Source of the DNA: an uncultured Clostridia bacterium
GTDB lineage: Bacteria; Bacillota; Limnochordia; Darwinibacteriales; DTU012
Length of the DNA: 64,000 nt
Reading direction: 5' to 3'
Assembly: GCA_900019385.1 (NCBI GenBank)
Contig: FIZJ01000003.1
Coordinates: forward strand, 42,744 to 106,743
The position numbers and the translations under genes are program-made. Below, in pieces: positions 19,011 to 27,150 of this stretch (position 1 is the stretch's first letter; the number at the start of each line of letters is the position of its first letter). The notes below the pieces were generated by a model. That model saw only the letters and a list, made by a program, of their open reading frames with translations, ran no database searches and was not told the DNA's origin.

Positions 19011-20879
19011 TCAGCTCCTGCCGTACTCCAGATGAGCATTGAGGTGCTGCCGCACCGCCAGAGCGATCTTCTCCGGCGTCAGCCCGTACAGGTCATGCAG
19101 TTCGGCAATTCTCCCCTGGGGTATGAACTGATCCGGGTAACCAATCACGACTACCCGCTTGCTTCCTGCCGCTGCATAGAATTTCGCTACTGAACTGCCA
19201 AAACCTCCCGCAGCCACATTGTCCTCCAATGTGAAGACCAAGTCTGTTCCGTCGGTCAATTCATCTAAAACAGCGCCGTGAAGCGGTTTCAACTGACGCA
19301 TGTTCACCACTCTGCACGAGATTTCCGGCCTTAACAGCTCCGCAGCTTCAGCAGCCGCATATGTCAGAGGGCCTACAGCCAAAATCGTGCAGTCGCCGCC
19401 CTCAACCAGGATCTCGCCGGCAAGGGCCTGGGCCGGATCAAAATCAAGGTCTGAGCCAACGCAAGTTTCGCTGCGCGGATAGCGGATTGCCACCGGGTGG
19501 TTCTGGGCCAGGGCCCACCTGAGCATGGCTTGGAGTTCGGAACCACTGCGCGGCGCTAAAATGATCAGGTTGGGGATATGGCTTAGGTAACTTAAATCAA
19601 ACACACCGTGGTGGGTAGGGCCATCTTCGCCTACCACACCGGCGCGGTCCACTGCGAGCACCACAGGCAGATCCTGCAGACAGATGTCATGCAGAATCTG
19701 GTCATAGCCTCGCTGCAGGAATGTGGAATAGATGGCAGCCACAGGGCGCATGCCGCTGACAGCCATTCCGGCGGCGAAAGTCAAGGCATGCTGCTCGGCA
19801 ATCCCTACATCGAAGAAGCGTTCAGGAAACGCCTTGGCAAATTCCGTCAAACCCGTTCCATCGGGCATGGCGGCTGTAATGGCCACAATGCGCGGGTCTG
19901 CTTTGGCAAGTTCCACCAACGTTTTGCCAAAGACAGCGCTGAAACTGAGGGGCTGTCTTGTTTGATCCGGACCTGAACCGGCAAAGTTCGGCCCCAATCC
20001 GTGGTATTGGACAGGGTCCTGCTCCGCTGGAGTGAAGCCCTTGCCTTTTTGCGTCACAGCATGGATTAACACCGGCCCGCCTCTCTTGATGCCGTCCCTC
20101 AGCGCCCGCTGAAGCAGCCTGATGTTGTGCCCGTCAAAGGGGCCGAAATAGGCAAACCCGAGCTCCTCGAAGAGCTGGCCGGGGAGCAGGCTCTTCACCG
20201 CATCCTTCAGCGACGAACCTAACCGGCTCACGGACCCACCGATGGCCGGTATCTTCTTAATAAGGCTTTCCAGTTCTGCTCTGGCTTTGTATAAGGTTGG
20301 ATCCAGGCGGATCTTGTTCAAGTAGTTGCTCAATGCCCCCACATTCTTGGAAATGGACATGGCGTTGTCGTTCAAAATAACGACCAGATCCACCCCCAGC
20401 TGGCCGGCGTGATTGAGTGCTTCGAAGGCCATACCTCCGGTCAGGGCTCCGTCGCCGATCACCGCCGCCACCCTGAAGTCTTCCTGGTTCAAATCCCTGG
20501 CTATGGCAATTCCCAAAGCGGCGGAGATGGAGGTGGAACTGTGGCCGGCGCGGAAAACATCATGAGAGCTTTCTTCGGGCACAGGAAATCCAGAAATCCC
20601 GCCGAACTGCCGCAGTGTCTCGAAGTTGTGGTACCGGTTGGTTAGAAGTTTGTGAGGGTAACACTGATGCCCCACGTCCCAGATGATTTTATCCCTTGGG
20701 CTGTCCAGCACCGAATGGAGAGCAATAGTCAATTCCACCACACCCAGGTTTGCCCCCAGATGGCCTCCGGTTTTTGTCACCGTGGCGATGATCTTGTCGC
20801 GGATTTCCTGGGCCAGGGCTGTCAGCTGATTATAATCTAACTTATGCAAATCTTGTGGAGATTGAATTGACTCCAGCAA
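19011..20879 (-). CDS. dxs: 1-deoxy-D-xylulose-5-phosphate synthase
   Basis: ...GHLGANLGVVELTIALH..., GDGALTGGMAFEALN TPP motif; 622 aa. Confidence 0.93.
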   Translation of the reverse strand: MLESIQSPQDLHKLDYNQLTALAQEIRDKIIATVTKTGGHLGANLGVVELTIALHSVLDSPRDKIIWDVGHQCYPHKLLTNRYHNFETLRQFGGISGFPVPEESSHDVFRAGHSSTSISAALGIAIARDLNQEDFRVAAVIGDGALTGGMAFEALNHAGQLGVDLVVILNDNAMSISKNVGALSNYLNKIRLDPTLYKARAELESLIKKIPAIGGSVSRLGSSLKDAVKSLLPGQLFEELGFAYFGPFDGHNIRLLQRALRDGIKRGGPVLIHAVTQKGKGFTPAEQDPVQYHGLGPNFAGSGPDQTRQPLSFSAVFGKTLVELAKADPRIVAITAAMPDGTGLTEFAKAFPERFFDVGIAEQHALTFAAGMAVSGMRPVAAIYSTFLQRGYDQILHDICLQDLPVVLAVDRAGVVGEDGPTHHGVFDLSYLSHIPNLIILAPRSGSELQAMLRWALAQNHPVAIRYPRSETCVGSDLDFDPAQALAGEILVEGGDCTILAVGPLTYAAAEAAELLRPEISCRVVNMRQLKPLHGAVLDELTDGTDLVFTLEDNVAAGGFGSSVAKFYAAAGSKRVVVIGYPDQFIPQGRIAELHDLYGLTPEKIALAVRQHLNAHLEYGRS

Positions 20880-20902
20880 GCACTATACGCCCCTTTCCAG
20901 TC

Positions 20903-21469
20903 TTACTTGCGGTTTTTAGCTTTGTCTGTTTTCACTATTCTTAGTCCTGCTTTTTCCAACGCATACAATACCCGCCCCACCACGTAGAGGATCTCGGTGG
21001 AGCGCTTGATGGCAAAGCTTTTTGCATAGGCTTTTCCACCGACAGTAATAGCGGCGACAAGCCCGATCAGCAGCGTGTTGGCGATGCTTTCGCGTATCTG
21101 GGGGTTGCTGAGGGCAAGTCGGAACACAATGGCGGCGGCAATGGCTCCACTGATCGTGCCAGCGATGTCGCCAACCACATCGTTGGAAAAAGATGCCACC
21201 CGGTCCGCGTGACGCACCAGCCAGATGCTGTGTTTGGCCCCCACAATCTTGTCAGAGGCCATGGCATGGAAAGGATCCTCTTCCCCCGATGCTGCGGCAG
21301 TGCCCACGATATCGAAGGCAATCCCCAGCAGCACAATAAAAAAAAGCAGTATGAAGCTGACGGCAAGAGGTGAAAACTCGAGTACAGCATTACTGCTGAA
21401 ATTGATCAACACAGAGATGACGAACGTGGTCACACCGGTTATCAGACTATGTTTGAGGTGTTTTTTCAT
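20903..21469 (-). CDS. oapA: OLE-associated membrane protein A-like small polytopic membrane protein
   Basis: 188 aa with ~4 TM helices, immediately downstream of the ORF-free structured region and upstream of dxs, the canonical OLE/oapA position; RBS GGGAAAGG. Confidence 0.55.
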   Translation of the reverse strand: MKKHLKHSLITGVTTFVISVLINFSSNAVLEFSPLAVSFILLFFIVLLGIAFDIVGTAAASGEEDPFHAMASDKIVGAKHSIWLVRHADRVASFSNDVVGDIAGTISGAIAAAIVFRLALSNPQIRESIANTLLIGLVAAITVGGKAYAKSFAIKRSTEILYVVGRVLYALEKAGLRIVKTDKAKNRK

Positions 21470-21494
21470 CTAAAACCTTTCCCATGATATGTAA

Positions 21495-22105
21495 TAATAA
21501 AAAGTGAATGACAGTGAATTGAGTAAAGATTGTGGCTTAGGTCCAGCAGGTTTTCCCAAAGATCCTCCGGCCCGTCGCCGCAGCCGGCGGTTTCCCCTTT
21601 CCGATCTTTTTGCCATGTCGCCATTGGCAAGGCTGGATTACCACTTAGTCCACACCGTAATCCTCAATCCACCTTCGTGAATACGAAACAGTCTAGGAGT
21701 TTTCCTCGACACCAATCGGCCATCTCTAGCCTCTTTTGCAGTACGGGTTTCAAGCCATGGACGCCTTGGCCTTTGGCATCCATATAGAAAGCCGCTATCC
21801 CCCCAATACCGCTCAAGGCAGGCTACTCTATACCCAGCACAAGGTTCGTATAGAGCTATGTTCGCGTACCGAGTATAGGTTCACTCCTAAGCCATAGCAG
21901 TACAGTCTCCCGTACCACCACACACTTAGGTCTCCGTGATAAAAGGGTCAATACCTACATGCCGTTGTAGATTGCCCTCTTATCTTAACCCCCAGCAGCA
22001 ACCCCCGACTGGGCGTCAAAGGCCACCACCAGAGACTTCATCGATGTGCCCTCAACGGATTTTTAGGCCCGTCTTCGAGATGAGATTGGTGACTAGAATA
22101 CTGCG
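21495..22105 (-). ncRNA. candidate OLE (ornate, large, extremophilic) RNA, ~610 nt
   Basis: 690-bp gap with no credible ORF in any frame between ispA and oapA/dxs; dedicated sigma-A promoter upstream; ~25-nt imperfect inverted repeat pairs the 5' end (GUAAAUGAAUAAAAGUGAAUGAC) with the 3' end (GUCAUUCACUUUUUAUUAUUACAU); many internal helices; ispA-[RNA]-oapA-dxs-tlyA-nadK-argR-recN synteny matches published OLE loci. Confidence 0.6.
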
Positions 22106-22150
22106 TCATTCACTTTTATTCATTTACATTATACCAGAACTTCGCCGGTT
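22106..22150 (-). promoter_or_regulatory. sigma-A promoter with extended -10 (TTGATG-17-TGgTATAAT) driving the OLE-like RNA
   Basis: Minus strand: TTGATGaaccggcgaagttcTGgTATAATgtaaatG. Confidence 0.55.
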
Positions 22151-22159
22151 CATCAATTG

Positions 22160-23035
22160 CTACGATTCCCGGTTCTGAACGTACTCAGCCAGTTCAGCCA
22201 GATAATTCTGGCTTGGGAGCCGCCTTGCGTAACGTATGCACTGTTCGACACATTTAACCGCTTTTTTCTGCGCATCCTCCAAACCGAGCAGGGTAACATA
22301 CGTGGTTTTGCCCTGTCGGGCATCAGCGCCTGTAACCTTGCCCAATTTGGCCATATCACCGGCAACATCCAGGATATCATCTGTGATTTGAAATGCCAAG
22401 CCGAGGTTTTCTCCATACAAGGTGATTGCTGACAGTTCTTCGTCATTGGCTCCACCGATCAGGGCGCCACCCCGCAGTGCCGCCAGAAACAGCTTGCCTG
22501 TCTTGTGCCGGTGGATGTATTCCAGAGTCAGTTCATCCACCTCATGCCCTTCGGACTGCAGATCCACGGCTTGTCCGCCCACCAACCCCTGGGAACCACA
22601 GGCTGCCGCCACTTCCTGGATCAAGCGCACAACCAGGCCGCTGTCAAGCGCCATTCGGCTTAAAGTCTCGAAAGCATAAGTCAGCAGGGCATCACCGGCC
22701 AAAATGGCAATCCCTTCTCCAAAAACTTTGTGGTTGGCGAGTTTGCCGCGGCGGTAATCGTCATTGTCCATCGCCGGCAAATCATCATGAACCAACGAAT
22801 AGGCATGAATCATCTCAACGGCACAGGCAAAATCCAAAGCCTGGCTCCCGTCGCCGCCTACAGCCCGGCATGCTTCCACAGCCAGGATCGCCCGCAGCCG
22901 CTTGCCTCCTCCCAGGCATGAATAGCGCATCGCCCGGTGGATCACATCCGGCATGACGGCGGCGTCGGGCAGCAGCTGATTAAGCCTCTCCTCCACCTGT
23001 TTGGCTTGCTCTTTGATATACGCACCGAGATCCAT
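22160..23035 (-). CDS. ispA: farnesyl/geranyl diphosphate synthase (polyprenyl synthetase)
   Basis: First and second aspartate-rich motifs (LVHDDLPAMDNDDYRRG; ITDDILD). Confidence 0.9.
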   Translation of the reverse strand: MDLGAYIKEQAKQVEERLNQLLPDAAVMPDVIHRAMRYSCLGGGKRLRAILAVEACRAVGGDGSQALDFACAVEMIHAYSLVHDDLPAMDNDDYRRGKLANHKVFGEGIAILAGDALLTYAFETLSRMALDSGLVVRLIQEVAAACGSQGLVGGQAVDLQSEGHEVDELTLEYIHRHKTGKLFLAALRGGALIGGANDEELSAITLYGENLGLAFQITDDILDVAGDMAKLGKVTGADARQGKTTYVTLLGLEDAQKKAVKCVEQCIRYARRLPSQNYLAELAEYVQNRES

Positions 23036-23038
23036 GGC

Positions 23039-23275
23039 CTACTCCGTCTCCTTCTGCACAAATGGTTCAGTTACAGCTTCCCCATTCCGCTCCAGAAGTA
23101 TCTCAATCTTCGCCTCGTATTGATCCAGCTTGGCACGGCAGATACGGGCCAGTTCCACACCTTTTTCAAACAGCTTGAGCGATTCATCCAATGTGACTGT
23201 TCCATCTTCCAACTGCCTAACCACATCTTCCAATGCTTTAATGGCTTCCTCAAAAGTCATATCCGGCTCATGCAC
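23039..23275 (-). CDS. xseB: exodeoxyribonuclease VII small subunit
   Basis: 78 aa, MTFEEAIKALEDVVRQLEDG...SLKLFEKGVEL. Confidence 0.9.
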   Translation of the reverse strand: MHEPDMTFEEAIKALEDVVRQLEDGTVTLDESLKLFEKGVELARICRAKLDQYEAKIEILLERNGEAVTEPFVQKETE

Positions 23276-24482
23276 GGCCTTCGGATCCTCCTTCCTCTAC
23301 CTGGCATATAAGCCGCCCGGCTTTCAGCCGCACCAATACCCGCTCTCCACAGCTCACCTGGGCGGCGTCGGTGATCACACTGTCATCCATTTTCTGGCAT
23401 ACTGCGTATCCCCTGGACAATACCGCCAGGGGGCTGAGGCTGTCCAACTTTCCGGTGAGATTCTCGAAGACTTGTTTGGTGATGCTTATCCGGTGGGTTA
23501 TCGCTTTGACCATCGTTGACACCAACTCGTCGACACGCTGCTGTTCCCGGTGGATTCTTTCTTCAGGCCGCAAAAAAACCCGCCGTTCGGTCAGATAAGC
23601 GACGGCCTGCCTTTTGTCCTGCAGCAGTTTTCCCACAGACATGATCAGCCGTTTGGAATTCTGATTAAGCGTCTGGGTTAGGTCAAAATAATCCGGGACG
23701 GCCATCTCGGCCGCGGCCGAAGGTGTCGGGGCCCTCAGATCCGCCACGAAATCGGCGATCGTAAAATCGGTTTCATGCCCGACACCGCTGATCACCGGTA
23801 TGGGGCAGGCAGCGATGGCCCGAGCCACATCCTCATCATTGAAGCACCACAGTTCCTCAATCGACCCGCCGCCGCGGGCCAGGATGATCACATCAAGATC
23901 GCCGCGTTTTCCTGCTTGTTCCAGCGCAGCAACAATGCTGGCCGGCCCTGCTTCTCCCTGGACAACGGCGGGAATCACCAAAACATCCATTTTTGGATAA
24001 CGGCGGCGGATAACACTGATGCAATCTCGTACCGCGGCACCGGTGGGCGAGGTGATAATTCCGATTTTCCTGGGCAGAAACGGCACCTTTTTCTTGCGTT
24101 CCAGGGCGAACAGCCCTTCATCCGCCAGTTTTTGCTTAAGCGCCTCGAATTTAAGATGCAGCGCCCCCACGCCCATAGGGAGGATCTGATCGACATATAT
24201 CTGGTACTCGCCATTTGGTTCGTAGACGCCAAGAGACCCTACGACAATCACCGTGTCCCCATCCTGGGGCGCGAATGTCAGCCTGGCGTTGCGGCTCCGG
24301 AACATAACGGCCTTGATTTTGCTTCCTTCGTCTTTCAGCGAAAAGTACATGTGCCCCGATGTGTGGTGCTTGAAATTGGATATTTCGCCCTGGACAGCGA
24401 TAGAACTGAACTGGGGCTGCTCCAGCTGTGCCTTAATCATTTTCGTCAATTCACTTACGGTGATTACTTGCGGCTGGCTCAT
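23268..24482 (-). CDS. xseA: exodeoxyribonuclease VII large subunit
   Basis: OB-fold N-terminus (...VQGEISNFKHHTSGHMYFSLKDE...); start MSQPQV with AAAGGAGGG RBS (the upstream in-frame extension lacks an RBS). Confidence 0.9.
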   Translation of the reverse strand: MSQPQVITVSELTKMIKAQLEQPQFSSIAVQGEISNFKHHTSGHMYFSLKDEGSKIKAVMFRSRNARLTFAPQDGDTVIVVGSLGVYEPNGEYQIYVDQILPMGVGALHLKFEALKQKLADEGLFALERKKKVPFLPRKIGIITSPTGAAVRDCISVIRRRYPKMDVLVIPAVVQGEAGPASIVAALEQAGKRGDLDVIILARGGGSIEELWCFNDEDVARAIAACPIPVISGVGHETDFTIADFVADLRAPTPSAAAEMAVPDYFDLTQTLNQNSKRLIMSVGKLLQDKRQAVAYLTERRVFLRPEERIHREQQRVDELVSTMVKAITHRISITKQVFENLTGKLDSLSPLAVLSRGYAVCQKMDDSVITDAAQVSCGERVLVRLKAGRLICQVEEGGSEGRA

Positions 24483-24548
24483 GCGATCCCTCCTTTGAAT
24501 TAAGTTCTCTTTGAATGAGGGAATACCTTCTCGCGCCGACATATGAAA

Positions 24549-24570
24549 CAAGCCGGGGTTCCCGGCTTGT
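24549..24570 (-). terminator. intrinsic-terminator-like hairpin directly after the micro-ORF stop
   Basis: AAGCCGGGaacCCCGGCTTguuucau on the minus strand. Confidence 0.45.
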
Positions 24571-24729
24571 TCACGGCATCTGACACTTCTTTCGCCGCAT
24601 TCTGTTGATCACAATATCGGTCAAAGCGCCCAAGGCCATTCCCAGGAGAACCCAGGCAGCATAGCCAGGAGCCACCCAATGCCCCACAATCAGGCCTAGT
24701 GCAGCGCCAATTACGAGCTTGACCCACAT
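24571..24729 (-). CDS. 52-aa hydrophobic micro-protein (two predicted TM helices), not in the provided ORF track (below its length cutoff)
   Basis: ATG with excellent SD (AAAGGAGGGGGcgcagATG); MWVKLVIGAALGLIVGHWVAPGYAAWVLLGMALGALTDIVINRMRRKKCQMP; stop followed by the hairpin. Confidence 0.45.
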   Translation of the reverse strand: MWVKLVIGAALGLIVGHWVAPGYAAWVLLGMALGALTDIVINRMRRKKCQMP

Positions 24730-24760
24730 CTGCGCCCCCTCCTTTGGTACACACTATTCT

Positions 24761-25750
24761 TCATGTGGAAAAAACATGACGCAGATACACTGGGCCGGAA
24801 ACGGACACACCGGCAAACACGGCGGCCCCAACCGCATTGTCCACACTGAGTTCCGGAGCGGCAAAGTGCAGATTAAGCTCGGGCAGGCCATCAACAAGTT
24901 CCGCCCGAATCAGGGAATTGGCACAGACTCCTCCCACCAACAGCACCTGGTTTACCGCGGTCTGCTTCACAGCCCACGCAAGCAGTTTGGCCACCGCTCG
25001 GGCCACATTGAGCAGCACAGCCCTGGCCACATCAGCTTTGGCAGCCTCACCTTGGGCTTTCAAGAGCCGCATCGCTGCCGCCTCCGCTCCAGAAAAACTG
25101 ATCTTGCCCTCTTGGTGGTAGGAGGGAATAGTCACAGGCCTGTTGCTGGCCAAAGCCAGCCGCTCAAGGCTTGGGCCTGCTGGAAAGGGCAGGCCCATGG
25201 CCACACCGATCCGGTCGATCAGCTGCCCGGCGTGGAGATCGGCGCTTCCCCCCAGGCAGTTGATTCGCAAGCGGTAGTCGCCTGTCACGGCCACTTCCAG
25301 CACTTCTGAGGTGCCTCCGGATAAATGCAGCGCCAAAAAACGCTCCGTTTTGGGCCCGCCGGCGCTGAGCAGCCCAGCCCAAAGATGATTCTCCTGGTGC
25401 GTTAGCTCATAGCACGGTACAGCAAACGCGCTGCTCAGACATTTGGCAGCGCTGACCCCGGCAAGAAAGACAGGCATGTAGGATCCCTCGGCCGGACGAG
25501 GTGCCGTGGTAACTGCGCATGCCTTGAGACACTGCCTTAAGCTCGGTACCGCGGCGGCTGCCCTGCTCATAATCGACGGCAGATTCTTGATATGCCAAAA
25601 AAGGGCCTCCGATTGGCGAAGGCCCCTTTGCCCGGTTTGGACCGGCAGCAGCTGCCTGATATTGGCAACCACCTGTGCTCTTCCATCCACCACTGCGGCG
25701 GATGTTGTATAGTTGCTGGTGTCTATTCCCAGAAAATATGCTTCACTCAT
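24761..25750 (-). CDS. divergent TsaD/Kae1/YgjD-family (ASKHA) protein, a paralog-like copy outside a tsaEBD context
   Basis: LGIDTSNYTTSAAV N-terminus, HxxxH metal motif (THQENH), LHLSGGTSE, VGGVCAN, and C-terminal SVDNAVGAAV (cf. TsaD CTDNAAMIA). Confidence 0.65.
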   Translation of the reverse strand: MSEAYFLGIDTSNYTTSAAVVDGRAQVVANIRQLLPVQTGQRGLRQSEALFWHIKNLPSIMSRAAAAVPSLRQCLKACAVTTAPRPAEGSYMPVFLAGVSAAKCLSSAFAVPCYELTHQENHLWAGLLSAGGPKTERFLALHLSGGTSEVLEVAVTGDYRLRINCLGGSADLHAGQLIDRIGVAMGLPFPAGPSLERLALASNRPVTIPSYHQEGKISFSGAEAAAMRLLKAQGEAAKADVARAVLLNVARAVAKLLAWAVKQTAVNQVLLVGGVCANSLIRAELVDGLPELNLHFAAPELSVDNAVGAAVFAGVSVSGPVYLRHVFST

Positions 25751-26165
25751 GTGGATTCCTGCCTAAATGATCTACTACTGTGCCCAACACACCGTTGATG
25801 AACTTGGATGCCTGAACGTCGCTGAAATCCTTGGCCAGCTCCACTGCTTCGTTTACCGCTACCTTGGTGGGTGTGTCCGGCATATACTTCAGTTCATAGA
25901 CAGCCAACCTCAAAATATTGCGGTCAATATAAGACATCCGTTCGATGGTCCAGTCCTTGGCGAATCCCGCTATCAAACCGTCGATTTCCTCGACATGCCG
26001 CCGCACACCCGCAACCAGACTGTAGGCGAACTCTTGAGCTGAAGCCGACAGGCCTTCTTTTAGATTCGACTGGTTCCATGCTTCATCCGGCGATGACTGC
26101 GTCAAATCGATCTGATACAACAGCTGCAGCGCTTTCCTGCGCGCAAGGCGCCTGCTCAAGCCCAT
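25743..26165 (-). CDS. nusB: transcription antitermination factor NusB
   Basis: ARRKALQLLYQID...; 140 aa. Confidence 0.9.
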   Translation of the reverse strand: MGLSRRLARRKALQLLYQIDLTQSSPDEAWNQSNLKEGLSASAQEFAYSLVAGVRRHVEEIDGLIAGFAKDWTIERMSYIDRNILRLAVYELKYMPDTPTKVAVNEAVELAKDFSDVQASKFINGVLGTVVDHLGRNPHE

Positions 26166-26186
26166 GCACCTCCATACCGGCTGCGG

Positions 26187-26714
26187 CTAACTTGTCTTGG
26201 GCTCCTGTGAGGACAGGACCCCAAACACTGTCACGTTCACTTGTGCAACCTCGATGCCGACTATCTGCTGCAGATAATCGCGGATGCTCGCCTGAACAGT
26301 TTCCGCCAGCTGCGGGATTTGATAATCCGGCAGCAGCTGCAGCTTTAGATTGAGCTGTAAGGGCTGGACATCACCGATACTGACTTTGGCGTCCTTGACC
26401 CCTTCTATGGCCCGCACAGCCTGATAGACCAACCCGGAGATAGTCTGAATGTTGATCCGCACATCACCGAGAGGTGTTTGGCTGACGATGGCCCGTTTGT
26501 CGGTTTTCAGTTCATTGACCAGCATCAGCACAAGATAAAGGGCCAGCAACAACATGATCAGCACCAGCAGGAACCCGTCCAGCTTCACTGTCTGGATCCT
26601 GATCAACCAATCAAGCAGCATATTGTTTCCAAAGGTGGTCGCGGCAGCCAAGACACCCATGACGAGCAAAACTACAATGACAACAGATAGAATGATTCGA
26701 TCAAGCACAGCCAT
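26187..26714 (-). CDS. AmaP-like Asp23-anchoring membrane protein
   Basis: Two N-terminal TM helices plus an Asp23-like C-terminal region; immediately downstream of asp23. Confidence 0.5.
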   Translation of the reverse strand: MAVLDRIILSVVIVVLLVMGVLAAATTFGNNMLLDWLIRIQTVKLDGFLLVLIMLLLALYLVLMLVNELKTDKRAIVSQTPLGDVRINIQTISGLVYQAVRAIEGVKDAKVSIGDVQPLQLNLKLQLLPDYQIPQLAETVQASIRDYLQQIVGIEVAQVNVTVFGVLSSQEPKTS

Positions 26715-27125
26715 CTACTTCACCCGGGCGGGCGGCGCATCCCCAGGCTGCTCTTCTTGAACAGGCTGCGGAAAGTGTACGCCCAACACATGAATGTTCA
26801 CTTCCACAACATCAAGCCCTGTCATGCCCTCAATCGCCTGCTTGACATTGTTTTGGATGTTCCTGGCCACCTCGGGAATTGATATCCCGTAATTGACAAT
26901 TATAAACAGGTCCACTGCCGCTTCATGCTCGCCTACTTCAACCTTGACTCCCTTGGAAAGGTTCTTTCTACCAAGCATTTCCGCTATGCCGCCGGCTATG
27001 CCGCCGCTCATCCCGGCTACTCCCTCTACTTCAGTGGCGGCCAGGCCGGCGATGATGCCCACTACTTCATTGGCGATTTTGAGTTCTCCTAGACTGGCCC
27101 GTTCCTCTTCTGCCATGATCGGCAC
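26715..27125 (-). CDS. Asp23/Gls24-family alkaline shock protein
   Basis: ...IANEVVGIIAGLAATEVEGV...VNIHVLGV typical of Asp23 (DUF322). Confidence 0.85.
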   Translation of the reverse strand: MPIMAEEERASLGELKIANEVVGIIAGLAATEVEGVAGMSGGIAGGIAEMLGRKNLSKGVKVEVGEHEAAVDLFIIVNYGISIPEVARNIQNNVKQAIEGMTGLDVVEVNIHVLGVHFPQPVQEEQPGDAPPARVK

Positions 27126-27150
27126 CTCCTCACAGTGATATTATAACAAA

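Noticed and set aside
21530-21787. 85-aa and 80-aa ORFs (21530..21787, 21936..22178) inside the intergenic region
   Set aside because: Wrong strand relative to the promoter, no RBS, low-complexity translations; the region is better explained as non-coding RNA.
21481-22128. ~25-bp imperfect terminal inverted repeats flanking a 600-bp ORF-less segment, which could mark a MITE or IS remnant
   Set aside because: There are no target-site duplications or transposase remnants. The repeats lie inside a transcribed unit with a dedicated promoter, and the conserved ispA–X–oapA–dxs context fits the terminal helix of OLE RNA better.
24500-24754. 84-aa Cys/Gly-rich ORF from the ORF track
   Set aside because: Wrong frame: the same DNA encodes a 52-aa hydrophobic ORF in another frame with a near-perfect Shine-Dalgarno sequence, which is far more plausible.
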